Source: Nymphaea colorata (taxonomy: Eukaryota). Taken from it: DNA of 64,000 nt. Below are positions 13,562-26,600 of the stretch, one piece after another; within the stretch, counting starts at the first letter, position 1, and the number at the start of each line of letters is the position of its first letter. The position numbers and the translations under genes are program-made. The notes under the pieces were generated by a model. The model searched no databases, had not been told where the DNA came from, and worked only from the letters and a program-made list of their open reading frames with translations. Location: contig NC_045138.2 of assembly GCF_008831285.2 (NCBI RefSeq), positions 42,036,001 through 42,100,000 on the forward strand, read 5' to 3'.

Positions 13562-13990
13562 AAACGGGCCGGCCCGAGGCCCGGCCCGTTTAGAAACGGG
13601 CCGGCCCGAGGCCCGGCCCGTTTAGAAACGGGCCGGCCCGAGGCCCGGCCCGTTTCTCGTTTAGAAACGGGCCGGCCCGAGGCCCGGCCCGTTTCTCGTT
13701 TAGAAACGGGCCGGCCCGAGGCCCGGCCCGTTTCTCGTTTAGAAACGGGCCGGCCCGAGGCCCGGCCCGTTTCTCGTTTAGAAACGGGCCGGCCCGAGGC
13801 CCGGCCCGTTTAGAAACGGGCCGGCCCGAGGCCCGGCCCGTTTAGAAACGGGCCGGCCCGAGGCCCGGCCCGTTTAGAAACGGGCCGGCCCGAGGCCCGG
13901 CCCGTTTAGAAACGGGCCGGCCCGAGGCCCGGCCCGTTTAGAAACGGGCCGGCCCGAGGCCCGGCCCGTTTAGAAACGGGCCGGCCCGAG
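13562..13990. repeat. Subterminal tandem array of 32/39-bp palindromic units
   Basis: 12 complete units plus 1 partial of AAACGGGCCGGCCCGAGGCCCGGCCCGTTTAG. Units 3-6 carry an extra TTTCTCG (39 bp). Each unit has an 11-bp inverted repeat AAACGGGCCGG/CCGGCCCGTTT. Confidence 0.97.
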
Positions 13991-14906
13991 CCCAAGTCAT
14001 ATCGGGCCGGGCCCAAGTCATATCGGGCCTTGGGCTTCGGTCAAGGCCCGAGGCCCGGCCCGGCCCCATTAATAACGGGCCGGGCGGGCTGAGATGGGCT
14101 TCGGCCCGGACCGTTATTGAAAAAACTCAGACACAACGAATGCAGGAGGCAGCACAATTTACAACTTCAGATGATGAAACACCATGGAGTATCAAGTTCT
14201 TTTATAGGCACATTGATAGTTTACAGACTGATTGGCTAAACTAGATTTATGAACATAGCAATTAGCAAGACACCATTGTGCTGTAAACAAGTTTCACTCT
14301 GCAGATAACGTGCAATGTTGGGTTACCTTTCAGAGTTCAGACAAACCAAAATCTTAGGTTTGAAATCCTGCACAAGTTAATCCATTTTCTTATAATGCAC
14401 AAAGGTGCAGTTGATCGTCAAGTGCATAAGACTGTTTTACACTATCAAATGCAATTGTGTGCCTGTATCCACCAAGGCCAACACCAACGCAGCACCGCTG
14501 CTCATTTGGTTAGCTTCAACAGTTCAATATGATTTAACAAGCATATGTTTCAGATATACTAACAAATCTGAATAACCCTCTAACTCTAAGGGGTCTATAG
14601 ACAAATGAAAATCACTTAATCAGTGGCCTAGTTACATGTTTCACTAACAAATCTGAATAACACTGTATCTCTATGTCCACCATGATTGCAGTCCTCCTCT
14701 ATGTCCACCATGATTGCAATCCAATTGCTCCTGCACTTGCAATGGCCCAATGACAAACTTGGATTTCTCCTACAAGAGCAACGGTAGGAAACACAAGTAA
14801 AAATTAATTCAATAAAACCTACACATATAAAAGGCTATGTTATATGGACATGCTAATTCGAAATATGAATGAAATGTTGTAACATTTTACCACAACGAAA
14901 TATGAA

Positions 14907-16994
14907 TCATGCTAATTCGTCACCAGAAGAGTCCTCCTTATCTTCAAAACTACAAAAGACACATCACCACAAGCAAACTACAATGTTAGTATATCATAAA
15001 AAACAAAAGGAATGAGCAAAATTTAACATTAAACAATGAACATCTTACATTTCGCATGAGTTATCTTCATCACGAATCCAACTCTGTGTACAAACTAGTG
15101 CTTCAACAGTTTCAGGAGTGGTAGAACATCGATAATCATTAATGATTCTTCCAGCTGTACTGAATGAAGACTCAGATGCAACCGTGGATATAGGGATTGC
15201 CAATATATCTCGAGCCATTTTGGATAAAACTCTATATTTACTTTCATTTTCCTTCCACCAATTTAATATACAGAAGTTTTCATTGGGTCGAGGACGTTCT
15301 ATTGGATCAGTTAAATATGCTTCCAGATCTGTGCGAGGTACTTGAGGAGATACAGAACTCATGTAATATGTGAAGAAGGCATCTCTTGAAAAAATTGAAG
15401 GTCTCTCTTCTTCAAATTCCACATTGGTGTTGTTTGCATTCTCATTTTCTTCATCATATGTTGCATACACAATTTTGTACTCAGCATACAATTCATGAAG
15501 ACTTCTCTCTACTTTTTCATATTGTACCATTGCATCACGTTCATTTAATTTCTCAAGCACATACTTCAAATATCCCAATTTGGACCTGGGATCTAAGACA
15601 AATGCAATTGCAAAGAGGACATTGTAGTCATTTTTCCAATATTTATCAAATTTTCCTTGCATTTTGATGGCTAATGATCTTATATAATCATTGCCTGCCA
15701 CACTATGTGTATGCAAATGATTGCGTACCTTCTGTATTTCTTCAAAAACCACATTAGCTGTTACATTTCTAGTAGCAGAGAAGATATTTGTAACATTATA
15801 GAATAACTTCAAAAATTGGCACAAGGTAGTTGCATAAGACCATTCATCCTCAGAAGGTAAATTTATATAATTGGGATCCACAGAAGCCAAATGTTGAAAT
15901 GCATCTTTGTAGAACAATGCATCTCTCAACATAATATATGTAGAGTTCCATCGAGTTGGAACATCATAGGTTAATTTCTTTGTACCAATCAAGCCCACTG
16001 TTCTTATACAATCCTTAAAGGAATGTAACCGCTTTGGTGATCCCTTTACATATTTAACACTTTCACGAACTTTTGAGATTGTATCATGCAGATCCTGCAT
16101 ACCATCTTGAACCATAAGATTTAGAATATGTGCACCACAGCGAATATGCAAATGTTGCCCTTGCATTGGAATAAGATGTCTTCTTCCTAAGTTCCTTGTC
16201 AATGTAGTTATTGCACTATCATTCGTCGAACAATTGTCAGCAGTAATAGAAAACAACTTTGACTGAATGTTCCATTTGGAGATGCAATCTAATAAAGCCT
16301 CACACAAACTATTTGCATTATGTGGCAGAGGTACATGTACAAAACTGAACATATGAGCATGCAACTTTCAATATCTATCAACATATTGTCCTGTCACGCA
16401 TAGATAACCCAATGTCTGCTGTGAAGTCCACATATCAAATGTCAATGAAACTCGCTGGGTAGAATCATTTATAAATCCTTCAAGTCGGGCTTTCTCAATC
16501 TTGTACATTGACAGAATTTCTCTTTTCATAGTTCTTCTAGAAAATGGAACGAACCTATGATTGCAAGCTTGAAGAAGTTTATTATGATATTTATATTCTG
16601 CCAAATTGAATGGAAGCTCATGGGCTATTACACACTTTGACATCAACTTTCTAATAGACTCCATGTCAAATTTTTGTATAGATACAGAAGCGGCACCAGA
16701 ATCATTGACTGCAAGAGCTAAAGTTCTTTGTTTTCCTTCATTGATTTGCCTACTTAAGCAAGATTTTATATGTCGACTTAAATGGCTAGTTTCATGACCA
16801 CTGCTTGCTTTCAATCGTTCTCCACAATGTTTGCACTTTGCAAAATCTTCTCCTTTATATTTAACCAATATAAAATCAATCCATACTTTTGAAGTCCTTT
16901 TTCTCTTGGAGACAGCTTCTCTCTCGGTAGATGATTCCAATGATTCCATATTAGAAGTTGGACAATATTCTTTATCAGACATACCGTGCGACAT
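14907..16994 (-). pseudogene. hAT transposase (BED finger, DDE core, dimerisation domain) with one premature stop
   Basis: ORFs 16368-17063 and 15045-16364 share a frame and are separated only by TGA (16370-16368) in YVDRY*KL. Motifs: SKVWIDF..CKHC..HLSRHIKSC, SLTFDMWTS, ITADNCSTN, RCGAHILNL, PTRWNSTY, ILNWWK, STVASESSFS. Likely ATG at 16994 after a TCAG acceptor. Inferred GT-AG intron 15048-14950 adds an acidic tail IFEDKEDSSGDELA*. Confidence 0.93.
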
Positions 16995-19900
16995 AACTGA
17001 CATAAAGTTGAAATGACACATGTAAATAACCAAAACAATAAAAAGGACCATTAAGATGCACAATGCGTAATTTCATTAATATAGAAATATCTTAATCCGA
17101 ATTAATGACATAGTTAAAAGCAGGCAATTATGAAGAAACTAACTAGTAGAAGAACATAATATCACTAAATTTGACCTTAAAAAAATTGAAGCTATCACTA
17201 AATTTGAAGCATACACTTTTTTAATATATTAAATCTAGGCAATTAGAAATCTTTTCTTCAGCAATTTTTAACATCTATTCACTCCTGCCGATTGATTTTT
17301 TCTGTCTTAAAAACTTCTACCAGATTCCCATGGGCAGATGAGGCTTTTCTCTCTTTACAATTCTATATCTCATTGTTAATAGAACTGGTATATGAAAATG
17401 GATTACCTCATACATTTATGAATACAATAAATCAAATATCAAGTAGCTCAAACATTGCAGAAAATGAATGCAATATATATAGTGGTCCAGAGGGGTCAAA
17501 AAACCATTTGCCGTGGTATAGATCGCAGTATCCTGAAGAATAAACCACCAGTGACATATAAGTGCGATTCTGTTGAATATGTAAACAGAAAATAGAAAGG
17601 AGAAAAGAGCTACGACTGAAGGCAAATATAATTTAACTTTTGGAAAAGAGCGATATATGTCCAACAAAGATAAACCACAAGTAGCTATTATCTTAACAAG
17701 CCAGTATCATGCCACAGGCGCCAAACATAAGAGACTAAGAACAAGCCAGAAGTAGAATGTGATTCTTAGTCTCAAAACATTTTTCAGATTGTAAGGATAC
17801 AATAAACATTGTGCAAAACATACGTAAGTCCTTTATAACGAGGAAAAAGTATGACTTGGTAACCAAAAAAGAACCATTTGGAAGAAACATGAAGCATACA
17901 CCACAAAATTTGAAAGATTCCCCTAGGTCAATAATTTCACAAACCAGCATGCTCATTCTGAAGCAACTAGGGCTGACGTGGTTCACCTTCCACCTAGCCA
18001 GTAGCAAAGGAGGAACCGTGGCCAAGAAGTCTTCCACCGCTCGGCCGTAACGTCGCACGCCCGCCATGGTCCAACCGCTCTCTCGAACGAAGGACCCTCT
18101 TGCCGGCCGACTACAACCACTCTCGCTCATGTCGAAGGAGGTTCATCTACCCTGTAGCTGCAATATCCGAGGGCAGCTTGCTGCCGAGATTCACCTCGGA
18201 TCAACTTTGTTGCCTTAGGCCGAGCTTAGTCTCGACTAGTAAGATCCTAACCCCCTATAGCCGCGGGATTATCGGGTGTTCTGTTGCATGTATTTGCTTT
18301 GAAACCCGGCTACGGCCTATTGCCTCTTGTTGCAGTACCTCTAAGTCTCAAGAGCCGAATACACAATCACGTGGGCACTAGACCACCTATTGGGATTTGG
18401 GTGTGGTTTGGCCATTGCTTAGGCATGAATGACAGGGTGGATGTGATGGATGTTTGTAGTAGGAAGCAAGACTTGTGGGCTAGGAAAACACTAATTGTAC
18501 TGCTGTCCTAAAGGAATTTGCGCCGAGGAGCCTGTTCGACTGGGTAGTGTCTTGGACTTGACTTGTCCTAGGTTTTATCTATGGCTGTCCCAAGTGATCT
18601 TGGGGATAGAATCGGCAGTCGGGCAAGATCGTGGTCAACACTGTGCTAGGTTCTATCAATAACTAAGCCTACTTGCACCATTCCTTACTTTCATGTTGTT
18701 GTAAGTGAAATTTCAAGTCTTCGACTAACACAAATATATCTTGAAATTCTAGGAAAAGTTTCCTTCATACATTGTTCTTTAACTATGTAAGCTTCTCCTT
18801 GTTTCATTTTGGATGAGAAGAAATTGATAAAAGTGACTTCTAAAAGATTGCTTTTTTCATAGCACAGTTGTCTCTAATAGTACTGTAGAAGTTAGAACCA
18901 GATTATTAGAACACTACATAGACCTAAGGTTTATGTTGTTAGCACACTAGTAGGATGTAATGAACCAATGGTTGCTTCTTTATTTACAAGGACTTGGAAG
19001 GAAATTTACCAAAAGAGGGAACTTACCTCTTGAATTTTCATGGCCTTATTCTCAGGTGGTGAAAAAGCCTTTGATGATGATTAAGTCATAAATGAAGGTA
19101 TTATTCTACATATATCAAAATATGAAAGTGTATTTGACTACCCATTGTGCTTCAATAGTAATTCAATCTAGTAATGTCATGTATGTTGTCTATCGTGTTT
19201 CAAATTTATTACATTCAACATTGTTCATATTCAAGTTATATTCAATAAAATGACTATTGTTGTTTGCTCATAATATGCTTCTTATGACTGTTGTGAATAT
19301 GGCTTGTACATGTCTTAGTAGGCATCAGTGATGGACCTCAGGACATGATGCACCAATTTCATGACTGATAATGCGTGAAATGCATTAATTTTAATATTAT
19401 TTTCATACAACTTTAATGTGATTTAATGCTTAAAGCTCATGTTTGCGTTTGTGTAGGGCTCAAGGAATCACGATTCAAATTTGATTGAAATCGAAGTTAA
19501 AATGAAAAAACTATGTGCAAAACAGTAAAATCTGGTTCCTAAAGGTAATTTTTTTTTATTGCTAAAAACTCATATTTTTGGTTGAATTTAGGCCCTTGAA
19601 TCCTATATCTCATTTGAGTAAACTTGGTTTATGTATTTTATTTTGGTAAATTCAAGTTTAAATGTAAATAGATGAATTAAATAGAAAAGAAATAAAATAA
19701 GGTAAATATTTTGAAAATCCAGCATTAATGAAGGATCATTAAAAAAAAACTAAAAACCCCAAACTCTAGTTCATGAGAAATTGGTGATCCTGACCACGAG
19801 CTCCCTTGTGTTTCTCGGTGGTTTCTCTTAGTAAAGGTTGGAGAAGGAAGATGCCGCCGGTTCTCCTAGGCGATGCCCCTCAAAGGAGCTCCTCCATTTG

Positions 19901-21226
19901 CACCGTGACCCAACCTCTCTCCATGGCTTTATCTCTAAAACCTATAGACTCAGCTCGGTGGATGGAGGAGTAAAGTCATCGGATGATTCTAGGCATCGAT
20001 AGCTTTCCCATCCCAGATTCAAGGAGACCAAACCCCATTTGTTGTTGTAAGTTTGCATTAGAATCATACATTTTCATGCTTGCATTTCATATTTTTTCTA
20101 GTTTATGTTATGCATTTTCACTTAAATTAATTGATTATAGGAGTGTTTTGTGTTGTAGATTTGTTTTTTCCATTGTGTAGCTGTTAGATGCCTTATTTTT
20201 CATCACCTAGTTCTGCATTTTTAATCATTTTCGATTCAGTTGTAGACTGTGTACAAGATAACTAAAGTGTATGTTATATTTTCCTTTGCTTTTTAAGTAT
20301 ATCTACATAATGTTTTTACTGGAATTTCTCTTGGAGCAGCATAATCTAGGGATTTAGTTCATAATGCGGTAAAAGAGTTGTTTTGTTCATAGTCTTAGTG
20401 TATGGTAAGGTCGAACCACTAATCGATAGTTTTACAGGTCTGCCAGCTAGTGTAAACTAAAATTGTAATATATTAACCATAGCTTAGTTACTTGTTTTGC
20501 ATAGTCATATTGTTAGATGTGCTTCAGTTGAGTGTGTGGAATGTCGTGCAGTTAGAAGTAGTGTTTAGGTTGTTTTATGTTTGTTACTATCTTTAGTAAA
20601 ATTACTAGTATATATTTACATGTTTTTACAGTTTTCTAGCTGTTTTACTATACTATTGGCTAATGTGGACTTAGCTTACAGTAGTTAACTGCAGTTTTCC
20701 AGGTCAAATCTTGTTTTTTAAGTTGTGAATATTAATTATCTTTCATTCCTTCATGTGGAATAGTTTCAAAGTAAAAATTAGTTGTTAATCTTTGTAGTTA
20801 CGACTTCAAACTGTTTTTCACTGTTTTCAGGTTTCAAGTATAGTGTCCAGGTGTTTAATCTTGTTTTTACTATTTTTTAAAGCAAATATCTGTTGTCATG
20901 AATAGATTAATCAATTCTTTCTTGTTTGAATCTATATTTATTATAAAGAGTAGTTGTTATAATGATTTTTTTCCGATTTAGGGTGTAGATTGCTATTTAC
21001 TACATATTTATATTTTAGAGAGTGAATGTCCACCTATGATGTGTCTTGTTTTTGCTATAATTTTCTGTAGTTCTTAGTGTAGTTTAGAAGAAAAAAATAG
21101 TTATTTTTTGTTAAGAAATAGTTTTAGATGAAAATTAGTTGTTAATTAGTAGATATACTTAGTTTTTAAATACGAATTGTTCTAGAGAGAGAAAGTGTAT
21201 TTACTTGAATGTTTGTTAATTAGTTT

Positions 21227-21406
21227 TGTCTTTGTGAGAGAAAGAGAGAGAAGGAAAACACGTGATTCATTATTGATCTCTTACCCTAACCCTTAAGGGA
21301 GAATTAGGGTAAACAATAGCATTACAATGTAAACCAGGAAAATATTTAAAATTATTAAAGAACTATCAGGTTCTTTAATATTCAAAAACCTTCCTCATTG
21401 TCAACA
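21227..21406 (-). repeat. 3' LTR of copia element (180 bp)
   Basis: TGTCTTTGTGAGAG...CATTGTCAACA next to the PPT; direct repeat of 31137-31322. Confidence 0.93.
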
Positions 21407-23535
21407 CTCCCCCTCAAGCTAGAGCATAGATATCTACCATGCTCAGCTTGTTACAACACTTTGAAAACTCACTAATTGCAAGAGCTTTAGTAAAGATATT
21501 AGCAACTTTTTCTTCAGAGACCATATGAGTTGTGGAGATCACTCTTCCTTGAACTAAATCACAAATGTAATGACAGTCTACTTCAATGTGTTTAGTTCTT
21601 TCATTGAACACCGGGTTGTTTGCAATATAGGTGGCTGCTCTATTATCACAAAACATAGTCATAGGTAGTTGAACTGGAATTTCTAGGCTTTCAAGCATGA
21701 ATTTGACCCATATCAGTTCTACTGCTATTTAGGCGATGAGCCTATATTTTGACTCAACACTAGACTGTGAGACCACATTCTATTTCTTGCTCCTCCATGA
21801 TATAAGATTCTCTCCTACAAAATCACAAAACCCAATGGTAGATTTTCTATCTTCAACAGATCCTACGTAGTCTGCATCACTATAGGCTTGGACATCTAAG
21901 GTCCTCCCTTTTTTGAATAGTTGTCACTTGCTAGGAGAAGATTTTAAGTATTTGAGTATCATTAATGCAGCTTCCCAATGGACCTTCCATGGTTTCTCCA
22001 TAAACTGACTTAACTTTCCCACAACAAAACTAATATCTGGTTTTGTAACTGTCACATGAAGGAGCTTTTCAATCAAAGATCTGTATGTCTTAGAATCTAC
22101 AGGCTCTGATTGCTCATCATGTAAATGCAATCGTGGATGCATGAGAATGGTGGTAGGTTTTGCATTCATGTTTCTTGCAATAAGTCTAAAACATACTTTC
22201 TTTGAGAGAGAACTATTTCTTCCTTACCACAAGCCACTTCTATCCCAAGAAAATATCTCAAGTGTCCAAGGTCTTTTGTGACAAAGTGCTTTTGAAGAAA
22301 TTCTTTGGTCACAGATATACCTTGTTTATAGTTGCTGGTCAATATAATATCATCAACATATATTGCCAAGAAAACCATACCCAATGCTCCCTTCTTAACA
22401 AACACTGAATGTTCAAGGGGTGCACCACCTTTGGAATCCACTCTGTGAGATAATATCAGATAGTTTATGAAACCATGCTCGGGGACTTTGTTTCAGTCCA
22501 TATATGGCTTTCTGCAATTTGCACACCTTCCCACACTCCCCCTGAACCTCAAAGCCCGGTGGTTGTTGCATATAAACTGTCTCCTCAAGATCGTCATACA
22601 AGAATGCATTTTTAACATCCAATTGATGCATCTGCCAATCATACTGCATGAGAAATCAAAACATCAATGGTACCTAATCGGGCAATTAGTGAGAAGGTGT
22701 CAAAGTAATCAATACCATAGGTTTGAGTATATCCTTTTGCAACCAGCCAAGCTTTATAGCATTGAAGGGTCCCATTTGCATGGTATTTGACATTAAATAC
22801 CCATTTGAAGCCAATAATATCACAACCTGAAGGTGGAGCAACCAAGTCCCACGTGTGACGTTCCCGTAAAGTATGTATTTCCTCTTCCATAGGCTGGAGC
22901 CAATTAGGGTCTAGTAATGCTTGTTGATGACATGTCTGAGTAGTATAAGTAGACAGAGCATGAATGAATTGCCGCACCTTGTCACTAACATATTCAAAAG
23001 TTATAAACTGTGAAATGGGATGAATGGTGCATTGACGTTTACCCTTCTGCAAGGCAATAGAAAGATCCTCCGAGTCAGAGATAACCAAAGGTGAGGAATC
23101 AGATACGCTTACCTTAGGAGAGGATGATGGAGGAGAGCCATGTGAGAGGCCATGTCGACGAGAGTAGACTAAAGGAGGATATGAAAAACGACTCCAGGGT
23201 GGAGATGGACTCAGAAGGGACATAAGCGGGAAATTTGGGATTGGCAAAGGATATTGAGGGAGATTTTTAGAGCAAGAGGTAGACAATTGTGGGTAATATG
23301 GAAGAGACTCAAAGAATGTGACATCCGCATTAGCATACCCTTTCTGGGTGAGAGGGTCAAAACATTTGTAGCCTCGTTGGTTCTTGGGATAACCAATGAA
23401 GATATATTTTTGGGCTTGGGCAGCAAGTTTATCTCGCTTTGGTCCAAGAATATGAACAAAGCATGTGCATCCAAACACACAAGTTGGAGTTTGAAACAAT
23501 GGACGATCAGGTAAAGCATTTGAATTGGAATTTTG

Positions 23536-23674
23536 TGTTAGGCTCTATTTAGTCTTATTACAATATTGCTTTCATTACGTTGGGTTTATTAGAGTTAGTA
23601 AGTTTATCAGTTTGGATCGGGACCTTAGTGAGGACCTAAACCCGCTTTGTTTAAGATGTAAGTTCTTAATTGGG
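23536..23674 (+). repeat. Truncated 5' LTR of the nested gypsy (139 bp)
   Basis: Matches 28108-28246, then switches abruptly to GC-rich gag-proximal sequence. The LTR 3' part and PBS are missing. Confidence 0.9.
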
Positions 23675-26600
23675 TGCCACTGCCGCCTCCCCCTGCCGCC
23701 GGTGATTCTCTTCTTGGGACGCCTGGTGCGGTTCATGGCACATTGTTGGGTGCAGGCCCACACGCCCAACCTTGACACGGCAGCGTTGATGGGAGCCATT
23801 CTGCCCGCATAACAACTACCCATCAGTGGAGGGTTCGGTGTTTCATTTGGCACCTTCGGTGCTACCCACGCGGGCGTGGAACCAACCCCAGGCAGCATTT
23901 TCTCCAGCAATATGAATTCAGTGCCCACTGGAGGCAATCCTTCCTTGATGCCGCCCACTTTTCCGTATGGAGGGGGTGACTCCAACCGATGGAAGCCAAC
24001 TAAGATGGACTTCCCCCGCTTCAATGGAGATGACTGCCTACTTGGATCTTTAAGGCCGAACAGTTTTTTGAGTGCCAAGGAATTCTGGAGACAATGAAGG
24101 TTAGTCATGCTACATGAATTTTGAAGGACCCACCATCCGGTGGTTTCGATGATTAGTTTCACAACACGACTGACCTGACTGGCAGCAACTGGTAATGGCC
24201 ATGACGACAGGCTTTGAACCTGTCAATCTATGTGGATTACAATGCAAAACTCTCTAAGTTATGATAGAAAGGAAGTGTGGTGGAGTACCAGGAGCACTTT
24301 GAGGAAGTTAGCAACATGGTCCGCGGGTGGATTGTAGAGGCCCTTATTGGCACATTCGTCAGCGGCCTCAAGGAAGAATTGCAGATTGAGGTACAAGCAT
24401 TACGACCAGCCACTCTACACGCGTGTTTTGCTGCAGCACGCATGGCCGAGGAGAAGCACTATTGTTTCCTGACCTTAAATTGTCTGCCTAATGCGATACG
24501 CACCCGTTGGCAAGGGCCCAACACGACCTTTTGTGCGACGACTCATGCTCACCCAGATTTGGGAGAAGCATCGCCAAGGGATATGTTTCTACTGCGATCA
24601 ACCCTGGACCATAGAGCACTCATGCAAATGCCTTCACATGTATTTGGTGGAGAAAGAAGAAGAGCCGTTCGAAGGAGACCCTACCGAGACACTTGGGGAG
24701 ACGTCGGCCGTACACAAGACCATTGGCTGCCCACACGAAATATCTCTGCACGCTTTAGCCAGCAAAGAGGTACCACAGTTGATGCGAGTCGAAGGGTGGC
24801 TAAGGGGCCGAACAGTGAGTGTACTGGTCGATACAGGCTCTACTCACAATTTTATTTGTAAAAAATACGCAAGGGCACTGGGTTGTAAGATCGATACACA
24901 GCCTATGTATGACGTGGTAGTAGGGGATGGTAGCGCCCTCAAGTGTAAAGGTTGTTGCAATGAAGACAAACTGGAAATTCAAGTTCATTGTTTTCCGGTG
25001 CAGCTATATACATTGTCTATGGCAGGCGCCGACCTTGTGTTGGGCATGCATTGGTTACAAGGACTCGGCAAAGTGGTGTGGGATTTTGTGAGTATGCGAA
25101 TGCATTTTACCCAAGGTGACGGCCGTCGACTTACGCTAGCAGCCAGCTCATGAACCGTAGCTACAGAAGGGGTTAATTTCAAGATGTTGAGAGGCGTAGC
25201 TGTGAATTTGGTGCTCCTCATGAGTTAGGCAGAACCAACAGAGAGTTCAGATGCCACACCAAACATAGATGCAGTACGTCTATCTTCACTTCTTAACGAA
25301 TTCTTTGTTATGTTTCCAGTTCCTAGAGGGTTACCACCCCCCGCTCCTGCGACCACATGATTGATATTAAGGCTAGGGCAGTCGCTGTCAAACAATGTCC
25401 CTATCAGTACAAGCCCTTTCAACGGGAGGTACTCACGCACCTCATGCAAGAAATGCTAGCGTAGGGCATCATCCAACCTAGTCGGAGCCCTTTTGCATCA
25501 CCAACCTTATTAGTGCGAAAGAAAGATGGCAGTTGGCGGTTTTGCATGGACTATCAAGCCCAAAATGCCATCACGATTAAGGATCGGTATCCTATCCCTA
25601 TGGTGGAGGATCTTCTTGATGAGTTACAAGGAGCGTCATTCTTCTCCAAGAACGACCCCCACGCCGGCTATCATCAGATCAGAGTTCTAGATGCAGATGT
25701 CCCCAAGACCGCTTTCCTCACACTCGACGGCCATTATGAATTCCGTGTGATGCGGTTTGGACTCACCAATGCGGCGGCCATGTTTTAGTCTCTCATGAAT
25801 GACGTGTTCCGACCGTATCTGCACAGGTTTGTCCTTGTCTTTTTAGATGACATTTTGGTGTTTGGCGCAGATGAGGACGCACGTTTCAGGCATCTGCATG
25901 TTATCTTATCTCTTTTGAGGCAACACATATTATATGCCAAATTATCCAAATGTACCTTCGGCATGTCTCACGTCACATACTTGGGCCATGTTATAAGTCG
26001 AGGTAGTGTCTGAATGGAGGCAAATAAAGTGCTAGTGGTATGCCTTTACCTCACACAGTCGAGCAGATTTGTGTTTTCCTTGGACTAGCGGGGTACTATA
26101 GGCACTTTGTTCGAAATTTCGGCACCATAGCTGCACCCCTGACCGAGTTGACAAAGAAGAATGGCTTCCAGTGGACTCCTCTAGTAGGAAAGGCATTCGA
26201 TGCATTAAAACAAGCAGTCATGTCAGTGCTAGTACTAGCAATGCCCAATTTTGAGATCCCCTTCGAAGTGGAAGTCGATGCTTTTGATGTAGGTGTTAGG
26301 GCGGTTTTGAGTAAGAATTAGCACCCACTCGCATGCTTCAGTCGTGCAATGGGCTCGACCTTCCACAGTAAGTCAGCTTATGTTTGTGAATTGATTGCTA
26401 TTGTTTTAGCAGTGCTGCGTTGGAGACACTACCTACTAGGCCAACACTTCATATTACTGACAGTTCATCATAGCCTTCACTACTGCTTGCAACAATCGAC
26501 TGTGCTCCCTGAGTACATAAGTAGGTATTAAAACTTAGTGGTTTTGACTTCGAGATCAAACATCGAAAGGGAAGAGATAACCTCATGGCAGATGGACTCT

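Larger units (their letters stand above)
13506..18140 (-). mobile_element. Ac-like hAT transposon with one terminus present; the terminus upstream of the transposase was not found
   Basis: Terminus TAAGGCTGGGCATCGGGCC at 13506, GGCCCG/AAACGG-rich subterminal region to ~14115, and a full-length transposase frame. No ATGCCCAGCCTTA-like partner or second CTTGCCAT flank seen, so the right boundary is approximate. Confidence 0.85.

Noticed and set aside
13562..13990. CRISPR-like array of palindromic ~32-bp repeats
   Set aside because: No unique spacers, no cas genes, eukaryotic context; it lies in a hAT subterminal region.
18140..18640. Possible LTR fragment ending in CAACA
   Set aside because: No partner LTR, PBS or PPT seen.
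19368..21226. AT-rich repeat-like host sequence of the copia insertion, possibly an old LTR or TE
   Set aside because: No coding motif or defined termini.
23575..24162. 195-aa minus-strand ORF
   Set aside because: Antisense to the GC-rich gypsy gag region; no independent support.
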